Shown here piece by piece: positions 15,130 to 24,284 of a DNA stretch of 24,512 nucleotides. Made by a program: the position numbers and the translations under genes. Origin of the DNA: a virus (taxonomy: Duplodnaviria; Caudoviricetes); IMG/VR virus record IMGVR_UViG_3300042935_000535, positions 1 to 24,512 of that record, one strand, 5' to 3'. The notes under the pieces were generated by a model. The model had not been told where the DNA came from. It saw nothing but the letters and a program-made list of their open reading frames with translations, and did not search any database. Within the stretch, counting starts at the first letter, position 1. Each line of letters opens with the position of its first letter.

Positions 15130-17894
15130 TGGCAAAGGTAGTTATAGCAGAATTAGAAATTGACATCACCGCACTTTTAAAATCTACTTCAGATTTAAAA
15201 AAAGAAATTGATGCGCTTAAAAATACACAAAAGGATTTAGCTGCAAGTGGGCAATCTACTAGCGAAGCGTTTGTAGCAAACGAAGCGGTTTTAAAATCTT
15301 TAAATAGTGCCTATGCTTCAAATGTAAAAGTAATACAAGAAAGTGGACAAGCAACTAAAACACAAGCGGATCAAGCGCAACTTGTAACAATGGCTTTAAA
15401 TACAGAAGTAACATCTATTGCTGAGGCACGTCAACAAAATCAGTTACTTAATAAAATGCGTAACGAAACGAATGTTACTACAAAAGAAGGACAAGCGCAA
15501 CTAACCGCATTAAATGCTAAATTAAATCAAAACAACGATTTTATAAAAGAAAATGCAGACCAGTATTTAAAGCAAAAAATTAATATAGGTAATTATTCTG
15601 AAAGTATAAAAGATGCTGCCCAAAGTATGAACCCATTAAACGGTGGTTTAGCTGGGTTTAATCAAAGAGCGCAAGATGCTGGAGGAGTTTTACCATTAGT
15701 AAAAGCAGGTTTAACAGGTGTTATTAGTGGAATCGGTGGAATGATATCCGCTTCATTAGCTTTTATTGCAACTCCTATTGGTGCTATTATAGCGGCTATT
15801 GCTTTAACATTAGGAATTTTGGTATCTGTTTTTAAAACATTCCAGCCTGTAGTTGACAAAGCGGAACAAGCGGTCGCAGCGTTAGGGGCTGTTTTAAATG
15901 TAATTAAGAATACTGTTTTAGCAGTTGTTAATGGTACAAAATCATTAGGCGATGCTTTTAGTGGTTTGGGTAGTTCAATGTCAAGTGCTGCAAAAGAAAC
16001 AGCAAATTTAACAAAGGCACAACAAGACCTTGACGACGTATTACAAGCGCAAGAGGTAACAACAGCAAGAAACCGAGCAGAAATAAATAAATTAAATGTT
16101 CAATTAAAAGATAGAACCAAAACAGAAAAGGAACGTTTAGCAATTTCAGACCAGATTATTAAAAAAGAAGAGGCAGACTTTCAACAGCGTAAAAAAATAG
16201 TAGATGAAGAGGTAAGAATTGCAAGGGGTCAAATTGCGGTTAAAGCACAATTTACAGCTGAGGAAAGAAAACTATTAAAAGAGCAAGGCATTGGTGCTAA
16301 GGAATTAGCTGAAAGTAGAGGAGGTAATTACGATAAAGAATTTGAAGCATTAAACAAAGCACGTTTAAAAGCTATAGCATTAGAAAACGAAGTATCTGTA
16401 AACGTAGAAAAGCAATATGTAAAAAGAAATAAGATTGAAGATGAAGCACAAGCAAACGCAGATAGAGCAAAAGCAGCAAGTGAAAAAGCGGCACAAGATG
16501 CACAAACTAGACGCCAAAAAGAAATCGACGATTTAATTGCAAAGTCAAATATTCAAATTGAATTATTTAAAACTACGGAATCCGCTAAACAAAAAACAGC
16601 ATTAGAGACCGCAGATTTTAATAAGCAATTATTTGAAAAAGAAAACGCAAATTTAAAATTACAATACGATAAAGGTAAAATTTCAAAAGAGCAATTTGAG
16701 TTATCAAAGTTACAGCTTTCACAAAACTATGCGCAACAGCAAGCCAATACACTTTTACAATTTGCAAACGCTGAATTAAATTTATTTTTAGAAACTAACA
16801 AATCTAAATTAATAGGTGCTGAAAATTTAACCGCTGAATTAGTAGCAGAAGAAGAAAAAAGGTTAAAACTAATTGAGCAGAAAAGAATTGAAAATTTAGC
16901 AAAAGATAAAGAAGTTGACGTTGCGAAATTAGAAGCTAAAAAATTAAATAACGAACAATTAACAGTTGCTGAATTAGAATTTGAAACTGAAAGAATAAAG
17001 ATTGCAAGTGAAACCGATAATACTATTCAAGCAAATAAGAAAACACTTGAGGAACAAATCAAAGCACAAAAGGCGGAGCAATTAGCAATTGACAAAGAAG
17101 TAGCTTTAGCAGAAGCAGAAACAAAAGCTGAAGAAGATGCAATAAAAGCCGAGCAAGATTACCAAACTGAAATGGCTCGTTTTACAAAATTACTAACAGA
17201 TAAAAAAATAACACAAGAACAATTTGATGCGTTTAAGAAAAACGCAGATGATAAAAAAGCTGAATTAGATAACTTAAGACAAATTCAACAAGTGCAATCT
17301 GCTTTAGGTGGTTTAAATAATATTGCAGGTGCTGTTGGTTCGTTATTTGGACAATCAAAAGAATTAGCTTTGGTTCAAGCTGGTATTAATGGCGCAATGG
17401 CTATTACTTCTATTTTAGCGCAATATCCTAAATTCGATGGTGGTTTCGCAATGACAGCGGCAATAATAGCAGCAGGTGCAACAACTGTAGCACAAGTAGC
17501 AAAGATAGCAAGTGCTAAAACACCAGCTACACCAAAATTTGAAAAAGGAGGTATTCAAGAAATTGGAGGTAAAAGACATAGCGCTGGAGGTACTAAATTT
17601 TGGGGCGAAGATGGTACACAATTTGAAGCTGAAGCAGGCGAAGGAATAGGAATATTAAACCGTAATGCGTTTGCATCGTTTATGGATTTTAATAACTCAC
17701 ATAGTAGCGGTAGAAGTAATGGCGGTTTCTTTGCAGGTGGTGGAATTATTACACAAGGCGTACGCCCTGAAACAATGAATATTGATAACGTTGTTGATGC
17801 AATAGCGAGTATGCCAGCTCCAGTAGTTGCGGTTGAGGAAATACAAACCGTAGGCAATAGATATACTCAGGTTGTAAATGGTGCAAATTTATAG
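15129..17894 (+). CDS. tape measure protein
   Basis: 921 aa, Ala/Gln/Glu/Lys-rich coiled coil; INIGNY motif, hydrophobic ATPIGAIIAAIA segment, C-terminal FEKGG...GG.RHS.GG. Confidence 0.85.
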   Translation: MAKVVIAELEIDITALLKSTSDLKKEIDALKNTQKDLAASGQSTSEAFVANEAVLKSLNSAYASNVKVIQESGQATKTQADQAQLVTMALNTEVTSIAEARQQNQLLNKMRNETNVTTKEGQAQLTALNAKLNQNNDFIKENADQYLKQKINIGNYSESIKDAAQSMNPLNGGLAGFNQRAQDAGGVLPLVKAGLTGVISGIGGMISASLAFIATPIGAIIAAIALTLGILVSVFKTFQPVVDKAEQAVAALGAVLNVIKNTVLAVVNGTKSLGDAFSGLGSSMSSAAKETANLTKAQQDLDDVLQAQEVTTARNRAEINKLNVQLKDRTKTEKERLAISDQIIKKEEADFQQRKKIVDEEVRIARGQIAVKAQFTAEERKLLKEQGIGAKELAESRGGNYDKEFEALNKARLKAIALENEVSVNVEKQYVKRNKIEDEAQANADRAKAASEKAAQDAQTRRQKEIDDLIAKSNIQIELFKTTESAKQKTALETADFNKQLFEKENANLKLQYDKGKISKEQFELSKLQLSQNYAQQQANTLLQFANAELNLFLETNKSKLIGAENLTAELVAEEEKRLKLIEQKRIENLAKDKEVDVAKLEAKKLNNEQLTVAELEFETERIKIASETDNTIQANKKTLEEQIKAQKAEQLAIDKEVALAEAETKAEEDAIKAEQDYQTEMARFTKLLTDKKITQEQFDAFKKNADDKKAELDNLRQIQQVQSALGGLNNIAGAVGSLFGQSKELALVQAGINGAMAITSILAQYPKFDGGFAMTAAIIAAGATTVAQVAKIASAKTPATPKFEKGGIQEIGGKRHSAGGTKFWGEDGTQFEAEAGEGIGILNRNAFASFMDFNNSHSSGRSNGGFFAGGGIITQGVRPETMNIDNVVDAIASMPAPVVAVEEIQTVGNRYTQVVNGANL

Positions 17895-17902
17895 TATATT
17901 AG
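17895..17902 (+). promoter_or_regulatory. variant -7 element (TATATTAG), possibly leaderless promoter
   Basis: One mismatch to TAnnTTTG; sits in the 12-bp gap, 4 nt before GTG at 17907. Confidence 0.4.
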
Positions 17903-17906
17903 CAAA

Positions 17907-18152
17907 GTGAAAATAACAAACATTTTAAGCGGGTGGGGTAACTTCATTGAAAAAAGTGAGGTTACTGAAGCAATGGCAGAAAGTCGAGCTGCTCAATGCA
18001 TTAAATGTAACGAATGTAAAGAAGGCAAACTATTGGCACTTATAAAAGATGACTTAAAAGAAATTGAAGGACATTATTGTGCATTATGTTATTGCCCTAT
18101 AAGCGCAAAGATTAGAAGTGAATTAGAATTTTGTCCAAAACAATTATGGTAA
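17907..18152 (+). CDS. small Cys-rich Zn-finger-like protein
   Basis: R...CxxCxxC...CxxCxCP..AK.R....CP...W. Confidence 0.7.
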   Translation: MKITNILSGWGNFIEKSEVTEAMAESRAAQCIKCNECKEGKLLALIKDDLKEIEGHYCALCYCPISAKIRSELEFCPKQLW

Positions 18153-18370
18153 ACTACGATTTTTTAAAAGCTATTCCACAAAGCCAATTTTTAGAAATGG
18201 TTAGGCGTGGAATAATACACGTTAAAGTAATGGATTGGTTAGTAGTGTACGAATTTTATTTAAACGAATTGAAATTTAATAAGAAATCGGTTTCAGTAAC
18301 TTACACTTCGGAAAAATATAATTGTTCAGAAAAAACTATTTTGAGAATTATTAACTTTATGGTTAATTAA
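18146..18370 (+). CDS. small HTH protein (Mor/late-activator-like)
   Basis: C-terminal TSEKYNCSEKTILRII helix-turn-helix; ATG at 18146 is preferred over TTG at 18131. Confidence 0.6.
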   Translation: MVNYDFLKAIPQSQFLEMVRRGIIHVKVMDWLVVYEFYLNELKFNKKSVSVTYTSEKYNCSEKTILRIINFMVN

Positions 18371-18511
18371 TATATCATTTAATTGCTTTTCAAACTCCTG
18401 ATATTCGGGAGTTTTTTTATAAGCTGGTGTTTGCATTTTCTTTATAGCTCTTTTACTTTGAACAGTCAAAGAATAAACCAACGCAATAAATGAAATTATA
18501 AATAGTATCAT
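18326..18511 (-). CDS. small membrane-anchored protein (61 aa), only plausible minus-strand gene
   Basis: MILFIISFIALVYSLTV hydrophobic N-terminus followed by basic residues; has its own TAAATTTG element at 18522-18515. Confidence 0.55.
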   Translation of the reverse strand: MILFIISFIALVYSLTVQSKRAIKKMQTPAYKKTPEYQEFEKQLNDILINHKVNNSQNSFF

Positions 18512-18514
18512 ACT

Positions 18515-18590
18515 CAAATTTACTTATTGATACATAGTAATTTAAGACAAATTTGTGTCTAAATGTATTGACTTCTTATACTTAATTTTG
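18515..18590. promoter_or_regulatory. divergent promoters with central palindrome
   Basis: Minus-strand TAAATTTG (18522-18515), plus-strand TAATTTTG (18583-18590), inverted repeat TTAAGACA-AATTTG-TGTCTAAA (18542-18563). Confidence 0.6.
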
Positions 18591-18595
18591 TAGGT

Positions 18596-19660
18596 ATGGA
18601 AGGAACTATTTTTATTAACGGTCAAATCGGAACTACTGAAACCCAAAAGGGCGTGGAGTTAATCGATATAATCCAACAAGTAAAGGCACAACCTGAGGCA
18701 CTTTCTTTTAGAGTACATATTAATTCAGAAGGTGGTGTTGTAGATACAGGCTTTGATATTTTCAATTACATTAAATCTTTACGCTTACCAATTACAACTG
18801 TAGGGAGTGGCTTAGTTGCTTCAATTGCTACTGTTGTGTTTATGGCTGGAGATAAAAGAATATTGACTACAGGAACTGAATTTATGATACACTCGCCAAT
18901 GGGTGGTATTGATGGAACAGCAGACCAAATTGAAGAGTACGCACAAAGCGTAAGGGATTGTGAAAATAGATTGATTAAATTTTATTCACAACAAACAGGT
19001 TTAAGTGCCGACGCATTACAACCGTTATTAAAAAATGAAACTTGGCTTACAGAAGACCAAGCGACATCACTAGGATTTGCAACGTTATTAAACGAGCCAA
19101 TCCTTGCAAAAGCGTATCTTAATTTAAACAATGATAAACCAATGACAAAAGAAGACAAAAGTTGGATTGAGGAAAAATTTACCTCGATTCTTAACTCGTT
19201 CAAAAAGAAGGTTGTAAATATAATTTTACAAGATGCGAACGGAGTTAGTATAGACTTTGCAGAAGTAGCAGAAGGGGAAACTCCTGAACTTGGTGCAATG
19301 GCTACAGTAGACGGACAACCTGCAGAGGGTGAGTACATTATGCCAGACGGAAGTACTTATGTATTTTCAGCGGGTGCATTACAAGAGATTAGAGTTGTAG
19401 AAGAAGATTCAGCAATGAAAGAAATTGACGAATTGAAAAGACAACTTGCGGAAAAAGAAGCTGCATTACAAGCGAACGCAACTACAATTTCAGAACAAGA
19501 GGCTCAAATTACTAACATCGTAAAAGAAGTTAAGGAATTGAAAGCTGGTATTACTTCACGTTTTAACGGAGAAGAGAAAAAAGAAAACAAAAAAGATGAA
19601 GTTATTACAAACAGCGCTTTATCTGCATTAGAAAATTTAAAAACTAAAAGACGTAAATAA
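18596..19660 (+). CDS. ClpP-type (S14) prohead protease with C-terminal scaffold-like region
   Basis: HINSEGG, GLVASIA (Ser), FMIHSP (His), ETWLT..QA...GFA; C-terminal coiled coil; directly upstream of the capsid gene. Confidence 0.9.
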   Translation: MEGTIFINGQIGTTETQKGVELIDIIQQVKAQPEALSFRVHINSEGGVVDTGFDIFNYIKSLRLPITTVGSGLVASIATVVFMAGDKRILTTGTEFMIHSPMGGIDGTADQIEEYAQSVRDCENRLIKFYSQQTGLSADALQPLLKNETWLTEDQATSLGFATLLNEPILAKAYLNLNNDKPMTKEDKSWIEEKFTSILNSFKKKVVNIILQDANGVSIDFAEVAEGETPELGAMATVDGQPAEGEYIMPDGSTYVFSAGALQEIRVVEEDSAMKEIDELKRQLAEKEAALQANATTISEQEAQITNIVKEVKELKAGITSRFNGEEKKENKKDEVITNSALSALENLKTKRRK

Positions 19661-19662
19661 AA

Positions 19663-20733
19663 ATGGCATCAGAAATTACATCAAGTTTTGCTTTTAACAG
19701 AGATGAACTTAAAGACTGGTCAAAAGTAATTAATGAATTAACTTTTGGCGATCCTGCACTTAATGAATTACACGACATTGAGCAAGGTATTAAATACAAT
19801 CAGCAAATCGTATTCGCTGGACGTATGGGATTATTAGGAAAAACCGTTACAGGTTGTACACCAAATGCAGTAGCAGGTGTTGCACTTACTGAGAAAACGT
19901 GGACACCAGTAGACAAAGACTTCAGATTAGAACATTGTTCTGCTGACGTAAACGCACAAGACAAATTGATCCGTCAAATGGCGAAAATGAATCCTGACTT
20001 TTACAATGTAATTGAAGGTTCTAACAACGTAGTAGGTAACTTCTTAGTTGCAAAAGTTGTTGAAGGATTCAACGAGAATTTAATCCGTGAGACTTGGTTT
20101 TCAGATACAGCGGCTGCTTTAACAACTGGTGCTGGTGTTTTCAAAGTAGGTACTGATTTAGGTTTCTTTAATTCTTACAACGGATTCTTTAAACAAATCT
20201 TTACTGAAATTCCAACTACAGATTCTAAATATGTAGCAATTACTAAAAATGCTGCTGCATCTTATGCTTTACAAGCTTTAGCTTCAGGTGATGCAATTGC
20301 AACTTTAAAAGCTATGTACGCAAAAGCTGATTCAAGATTGTTAGATAGTGGTTCTGCTAAATTCTATGTAACTAGAACTTTATGGGATGGTTACTTAAAT
20401 GATTTAGAATCATTACAAAACTCTGGAGCTGGTAATACAATGATTAACGAAAACGGACAAGTTTCTTTAACTTACAGAGGTATTCCAGTTGTAAAAGTTG
20501 AGGTTTGGGATAGAACTATTGCAGCTTACCAAGACAATGGAACTAAATGGAACTTACCTCACAGAGCGGTTTTATCAACTCCAATGAACTTAAAAATTGG
20601 TACTTTATCAACTGACGACTTTGGTACGTTAGATGCTTTCTATGACCAATATCACAAAGTGAATGTTATCGATGCTGTTTACACTATCGATGCTAAACAC
20701 TTAGAGAAATATATGACAGTAGCGGCTTATTAA
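19663..20733 (+). CDS. major capsid protein
   Basis: 356 aa directly after the protease; strongly biased codon use; LTYRGIPVV motif near the C-terminus; followed by a hairpin. Confidence 0.85.
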   Translation: MASEITSSFAFNRDELKDWSKVINELTFGDPALNELHDIEQGIKYNQQIVFAGRMGLLGKTVTGCTPNAVAGVALTEKTWTPVDKDFRLEHCSADVNAQDKLIRQMAKMNPDFYNVIEGSNNVVGNFLVAKVVEGFNENLIRETWFSDTAAALTTGAGVFKVGTDLGFFNSYNGFFKQIFTEIPTTDSKYVAITKNAAASYALQALASGDAIATLKAMYAKADSRLLDSGSAKFYVTRTLWDGYLNDLESLQNSGAGNTMINENGQVSLTYRGIPVVKVEVWDRTIAAYQDNGTKWNLPHRAVLSTPMNLKIGTLSTDDFGTLDAFYDQYHKVNVIDAVYTIDAKHLEKYMTVAAY

Positions 20734-20761
20734 TTTAAGCCACTACTTAATTTTAACTTTT
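20718..20761 (+). terminator. hairpin after the capsid gene (partial terminator or mRNA stabiliser)
   Basis: AGTAGCGGCTTA(20718-29)/TAAGCCACTACT(20736-47), one mismatch, followed by TAATTTTAACTTTT. Confidence 0.55.
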
Positions 20762-20774
20762 AAAAAATAAAAAT

Positions 20775-21359
20775 ATGCCTTGTGAAGGATTAATAACCGC
20801 AAATATTTTATTTGATTGTGATAACCCTAGTATTGGAGGTTTAGAAACTGATGTATTGTTAATCAATGCTGAAGATATAAACATTGCTACTACTACAATT
20901 AGTGCAACAAATAAAACGTTAATGACTAACCTAGCATTAAAAGCAACAAAAGTTGGCTTTTTATTGCAGGGAGTTAAACAAATCAATGGTACTAGTTACG
21001 AATTGGTTAAAAAAGAATTTGGACCAGATAAATTTAAACATATGTTTACAGGTGTTATCTTAAATCCAAGTGCTGCAAACAAATTACAAGCTACTTTACT
21101 TTCAGAAGGTGGTAAATATGTAGTTGTAGTTGAGCAAAAATGGAAAGGTGCGGCTAACGCTGATGCATTTCAAGTTTACGGATACAAATCAGGATTAGAG
21201 TTAATGACTTTGACATACAACTCAAAAGAAAACGACGGTACAATTTCATTTACTTTGGAAAGTACTGAAGGATATGAAGAGCCAATCGTACCAATGACAT
21301 TATTGGAAACTGATTACGCTACTACTAAGACAGCATTCGATGCTAAATTCTTATCATAA
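20775..21359 (+). CDS. major tail tube protein
   Basis: MPC.G.I...I..DC.NP..GG...VYG...GL pattern; 194 aa, beta-rich; typical of Bacteroidota phage tube proteins placed after the capsid gene. Confidence 0.7.
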   Translation: MPCEGLITANILFDCDNPSIGGLETDVLLINAEDINIATTTISATNKTLMTNLALKATKVGFLLQGVKQINGTSYELVKKEFGPDKFKHMFTGVILNPSAANKLQATLLSEGGKYVVVVEQKWKGAANADAFQVYGYKSGLELMTLTYNSKENDGTISFTLESTEGYEEPIVPMTLLETDYATTKTAFDAKFLS

Positions 21360-21777
21360 GTGGCATGAAATGAATGTGGAACTAATTATCGGTGGGAAAA
21401 CTGCCGATAATGTTCCTTATTTAAAATTATTCTTAATAGATTACAAAACAGAATTTTCTATTGAAACTGTAAACGCTGGATGTGAAAAATGTATCGTTGC
21501 ATATCATAGAGAATTTATAAAAAAGTACAGCACAATGGAAAATACTTCAAATTACCAACTGCACAAAAAAAGAGAGGGCTTACAATTAGAATTTGGTGGC
21601 TCTATTTTTATCACAAATGAAAATCTTACAGACCGATACGCTGAAAAGTTAATCAAACGCTTCAAAGAAATCAATCCAAACTTTAAAATGGAGGATTTAT
21701 TTGAGGTATATCCTACAAATATCACTACAGAAGTAGTAGAAGAAGCGCCAAAAAAACAAAGAAAACCACGTAAATAA
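21340..21777 (+). CDS. hypothetical protein (CxxC; start may be 21370)
   Basis: GCEKC motif and basic C-terminus; TAATG-coupled to the portal gene. Confidence 0.6.
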   Translation: MLNSYHKWHEMNVELIIGGKTADNVPYLKLFLIDYKTEFSIETVNAGCEKCIVAYHREFIKKYSTMENTSNYQLHKKREGLQLEFGGSIFITNENLTDRYAEKLIKRFKEINPNFKMEDLFEVYPTNITTEVVEEAPKKQRKPRK

Positions 21778-22955
21778 TGAAAGTTACAGTCTTAGACATA
21801 GTTAAAAGGCTGGTTACGTGGGATAAAAAATTAGAAATCTATCAAAATGGTGAGGATAATGCATATCCTGAGCGTATAGATAGAATTATAAACAACTCCG
21901 TAACCGCTAAAATGGCATCTGAAATGATGGTGCAATACTTAATTGGAAAAGGTTTTGGAGAGTCTGACAATTTTCAAATTAATGACAATCAAAAATTAAT
22001 TGAATTTGCTATTGATGTAGCAGATAGTTTAACACGTCAAAGAGGTGTGGCTATTCATTTTGATTATAACTTAAATATTGAAGCGGTTAATCCAAAAGTT
22101 ATTGATTTTACAAAAATTCGTTTAGGTAAAAAAGATAGCAACTTCTATAATGGTAAAATACTATTTAAAAACGATTGGAGCAACGCAAAAGAAAAAGAAA
22201 TAACTTTTGACGTATTTAATAAAAACGTTTCTGTAGTACAATCACAAATTGAAAAAGCTGGATCTATTGAAAAATACAAAGGACAGGTTTTATATATCAA
22301 TTTAGATACTAGATACTTTTATCCACTTTCACGAATAGATGCAGTTTTAAACGATTGCGATTCTGAAAGTCAAGCGGCTATTTACAAAAATATGATTTTG
22401 CGTAAAGGTTTCTTTGGTAAGCAAATTATAATGACACCTCCGTTAGTTTCAAATGATGAGCCGGAAATGCTTTTAAATGATGCTGGGGATTTGGTTCGTA
22501 ATAGAGAATTTGCGAAAAGACAAGCCGAAGCGGATGAGGTTAAAAAAACAATTGAAAGTTTTATAGGTTCTGAAAATGCAGGTGGTGCTTTAATGATTGA
22601 AAGCCCTGACTTTATAAACGGAATAGATACGATATTTAAAATTCAAACTATTAGTTCGGATTTAAACGATAAAATGTTTGAGTACACTGAAAATTCAGTT
22701 AGTAAAAATATTCTTATGGCTTTTAATAACTTGCCCGTTGCTTTAGTCAAATCACCTGATAGTGCAATGTTTGGCAATAGCGGTGCAAGTTTATTAGAAG
22801 CAAAGAAAATGTATTGGGAAAACACGTCAAAAGAGCGTAATAAATTAGAAACTATTATAAACGATATTGTTCAAAATTTACCAACGTGGAATGGACAATA
22901 TGTTTTTATACAACCGTTAATCGCTCCGCCAGCACCTAACAACACAATAGTATGA
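21777..22955 (+). CDS. portal protein
   Basis: NGEDNAYPERI...INNSVTAK, YYP-like YFYPLS, F.GSENAG, IL.AF...P..L...FGNSG...EA...YW pattern; 392 aa. Confidence 0.75.
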   Translation: MKVTVLDIVKRLVTWDKKLEIYQNGEDNAYPERIDRIINNSVTAKMASEMMVQYLIGKGFGESDNFQINDNQKLIEFAIDVADSLTRQRGVAIHFDYNLNIEAVNPKVIDFTKIRLGKKDSNFYNGKILFKNDWSNAKEKEITFDVFNKNVSVVQSQIEKAGSIEKYKGQVLYINLDTRYFYPLSRIDAVLNDCDSESQAAIYKNMILRKGFFGKQIIMTPPLVSNDEPEMLLNDAGDLVRNREFAKRQAEADEVKKTIESFIGSENAGGALMIESPDFINGIDTIFKIQTISSDLNDKMFEYTENSVSKNILMAFNNLPVALVKSPDSAMFGNSGASLLEAKKMYWENTSKERNKLETIINDIVQNLPTWNGQYVFIQPLIAPPAPNNTIV

Positions 22956-23461
22956 TAACAACACCATTAATCACACGTGGCGAAATACAACAGTATAAGC
23001 AGTTAAGTAATTCAATTCATAACAATAAAATGAATGAATTAATATTGCAATCGCAAATGGTAGATTTATTACCTTTGCTTGGTGAGCAGTTGTATTACGA
23101 TATTTTAAACAATACAGAAAATTATACCGAGTTATTAGATGGTAATATTTACGAATACAACGGAATAACTTATACGAATGTAGGTTTAAAAGCGGTTTTA
23201 GTGCATTATTTTTATGCAAGGTATAGTTTGTATGGCGATGTTATAGATACGGCTTTCGGTTTAAAAGAAAAGCTAAATAGCGACGTTTCTAAACAAGTGG
23301 ATTATCCAATGAAAAAAACGTTATACGAACACAATTGTAACTACGCTTTTAATCTTTGGTTAAACGTAGAAAAATATATAATGAGAAACAACATTGCTTT
23401 ATACATTCATTGCAATAGCGAAGTAAAAAATAAGAATTTCAGAATTTCAAGAATAGGATAA
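22952..23461 (+). CDS. putative head-tail adaptor
   Basis: I..SQ..DL.PLLG..LY...GLKAVL....YARY...T..GL pattern; follows the portal gene. Confidence 0.65.
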   Translation: MITTPLITRGEIQQYKQLSNSIHNNKMNELILQSQMVDLLPLLGEQLYYDILNNTENYTELLDGNIYEYNGITYTNVGLKAVLVHYFYARYSLYGDVIDTAFGLKEKLNSDVSKQVDYPMKKTLYEHNCNYAFNLWLNVEKYIMRNNIALYIHCNSEVKNKNFRISRIG

Positions 23462-23462
23462 G

Positions 23463-23816
23463 ATGAGCTGTACAAATAACAATTTTTTCAAAGACATAAA
23501 AAAAGGCGATACTTTTACGGGTTTAAAAATGACTTTTTATAACGGAACTGGTACAACTAAAACCGCTATGAACTTAACTAATTGTAAAGTTATAATTCCA
23601 TTCAAAAAAGGTACAGGACAAAATGCAACGTTTTTATTTTCGAGTGAAGATGGAACGATTACAATTCCAAATCCTGCGAATGGGCAAATATTTTTACAAC
23701 CTAGAGATATGAATTATCCGGCTTTTAATTATATCTTTGATGTGCAGTTAATCACTGGCGCCAACGTTAAAAAAACTTACTTTACTAACTATTGGAAAAT
23801 TTGTCAAGATGTGTGA
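23463..23816 (+). CDS. BppU-like baseplate/fibre-attachment protein
   Basis: KKGDTF...MNLTNC......G.I.I.NP.NG.I......YIFDVQL.....KTY......I.QDV. Confidence 0.7.
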   Translation: MSCTNNNFFKDIKKGDTFTGLKMTFYNGTGTTKTAMNLTNCKVIIPFKKGTGQNATFLFSSEDGTITIPNPANGQIFLQPRDMNYPAFNYIFDVQLITGANVKKTYFTNYWKICQDV

Positions 23817-24282
23817 AGATGATGTAACGGTTATTATAGAACCTACAGAAAATTTAGTTACCATTGTAATTGATGACAATTGCACTCAGGTTACTATTAT
23901 AGCTGAGGGATTAGGGGCGCAAGGTTTAAGCGCTTATCAAATAGCAGTTGCTAATGGCTTTGTAGGAACGGAAGCACAATGGCTAGCTAGTTTAGAAGTA
24001 AAAGGCGTACCAATAGGAGGCACAACAGGAATGCAACTATTTAAAACAAGTGCTACTGATTACGCTACTCAATGGGCGTTTAGTTGGGAATATTTAGTTG
24101 CAAATTGGAGCGTAATACCTACATTAAACGCAGCTATAACAGGTGGCGATGTGTATAATTACGAACTGAATGGAACGTTAAGATATAGATTTGTACCAAC
24201 AACATACACACCAACGCAAGATGCTTTTTATACTTCTTTTAACGGTACAAGTGTTACGGGTTTAATAACTAAAAGAGGGTAG
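23809..24282 (+). CDS. short tail fibre-like protein
   Basis: GAQGLSAYQIAVANGFVGTEAQWLASL and GGTTG.QL.K.S.TDYATQW fibre motifs. Confidence 0.7.
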   Translation: MCEDDVTVIIEPTENLVTIVIDDNCTQVTIIAEGLGAQGLSAYQIAVANGFVGTEAQWLASLEVKGVPIGGTTGMQLFKTSATDYATQWAFSWEYLVANWSVIPTLNAAITGGDVYNYELNGTLRYRFVPTTYTPTQDAFYTSFNGTSVTGLITKRG

Positions 24283-24284
24283 GT

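Noticed and set aside
18596-19660. ClpP as a host-derived housekeeping clpP
   Set aside because: Its position before the capsid gene and the scaffold-like C-terminus indicate a phage prohead protease.
21295-21370. Possible +1 frameshift fusing the tail tube to the overlapping next ORF
   Set aside because: No recognisable shift site, and the downstream ORF has its own ATGs (21340, 21370).
22319-22327. Near DnaA box TTATCCACT
   Set aside because: A single mismatched copy inside the portal CDS, with no cluster.
10530-23219. Minus-strand ORFs 10530-10814, 10942-11145, 15662-15859, 15958-16143, 17415-17621, 17555-17857, 18982-19338, 20753-20986, 22643-22825, 22971-23219
   Set aside because: Antisense to structural genes; their composition is explained by + strand codon bias.
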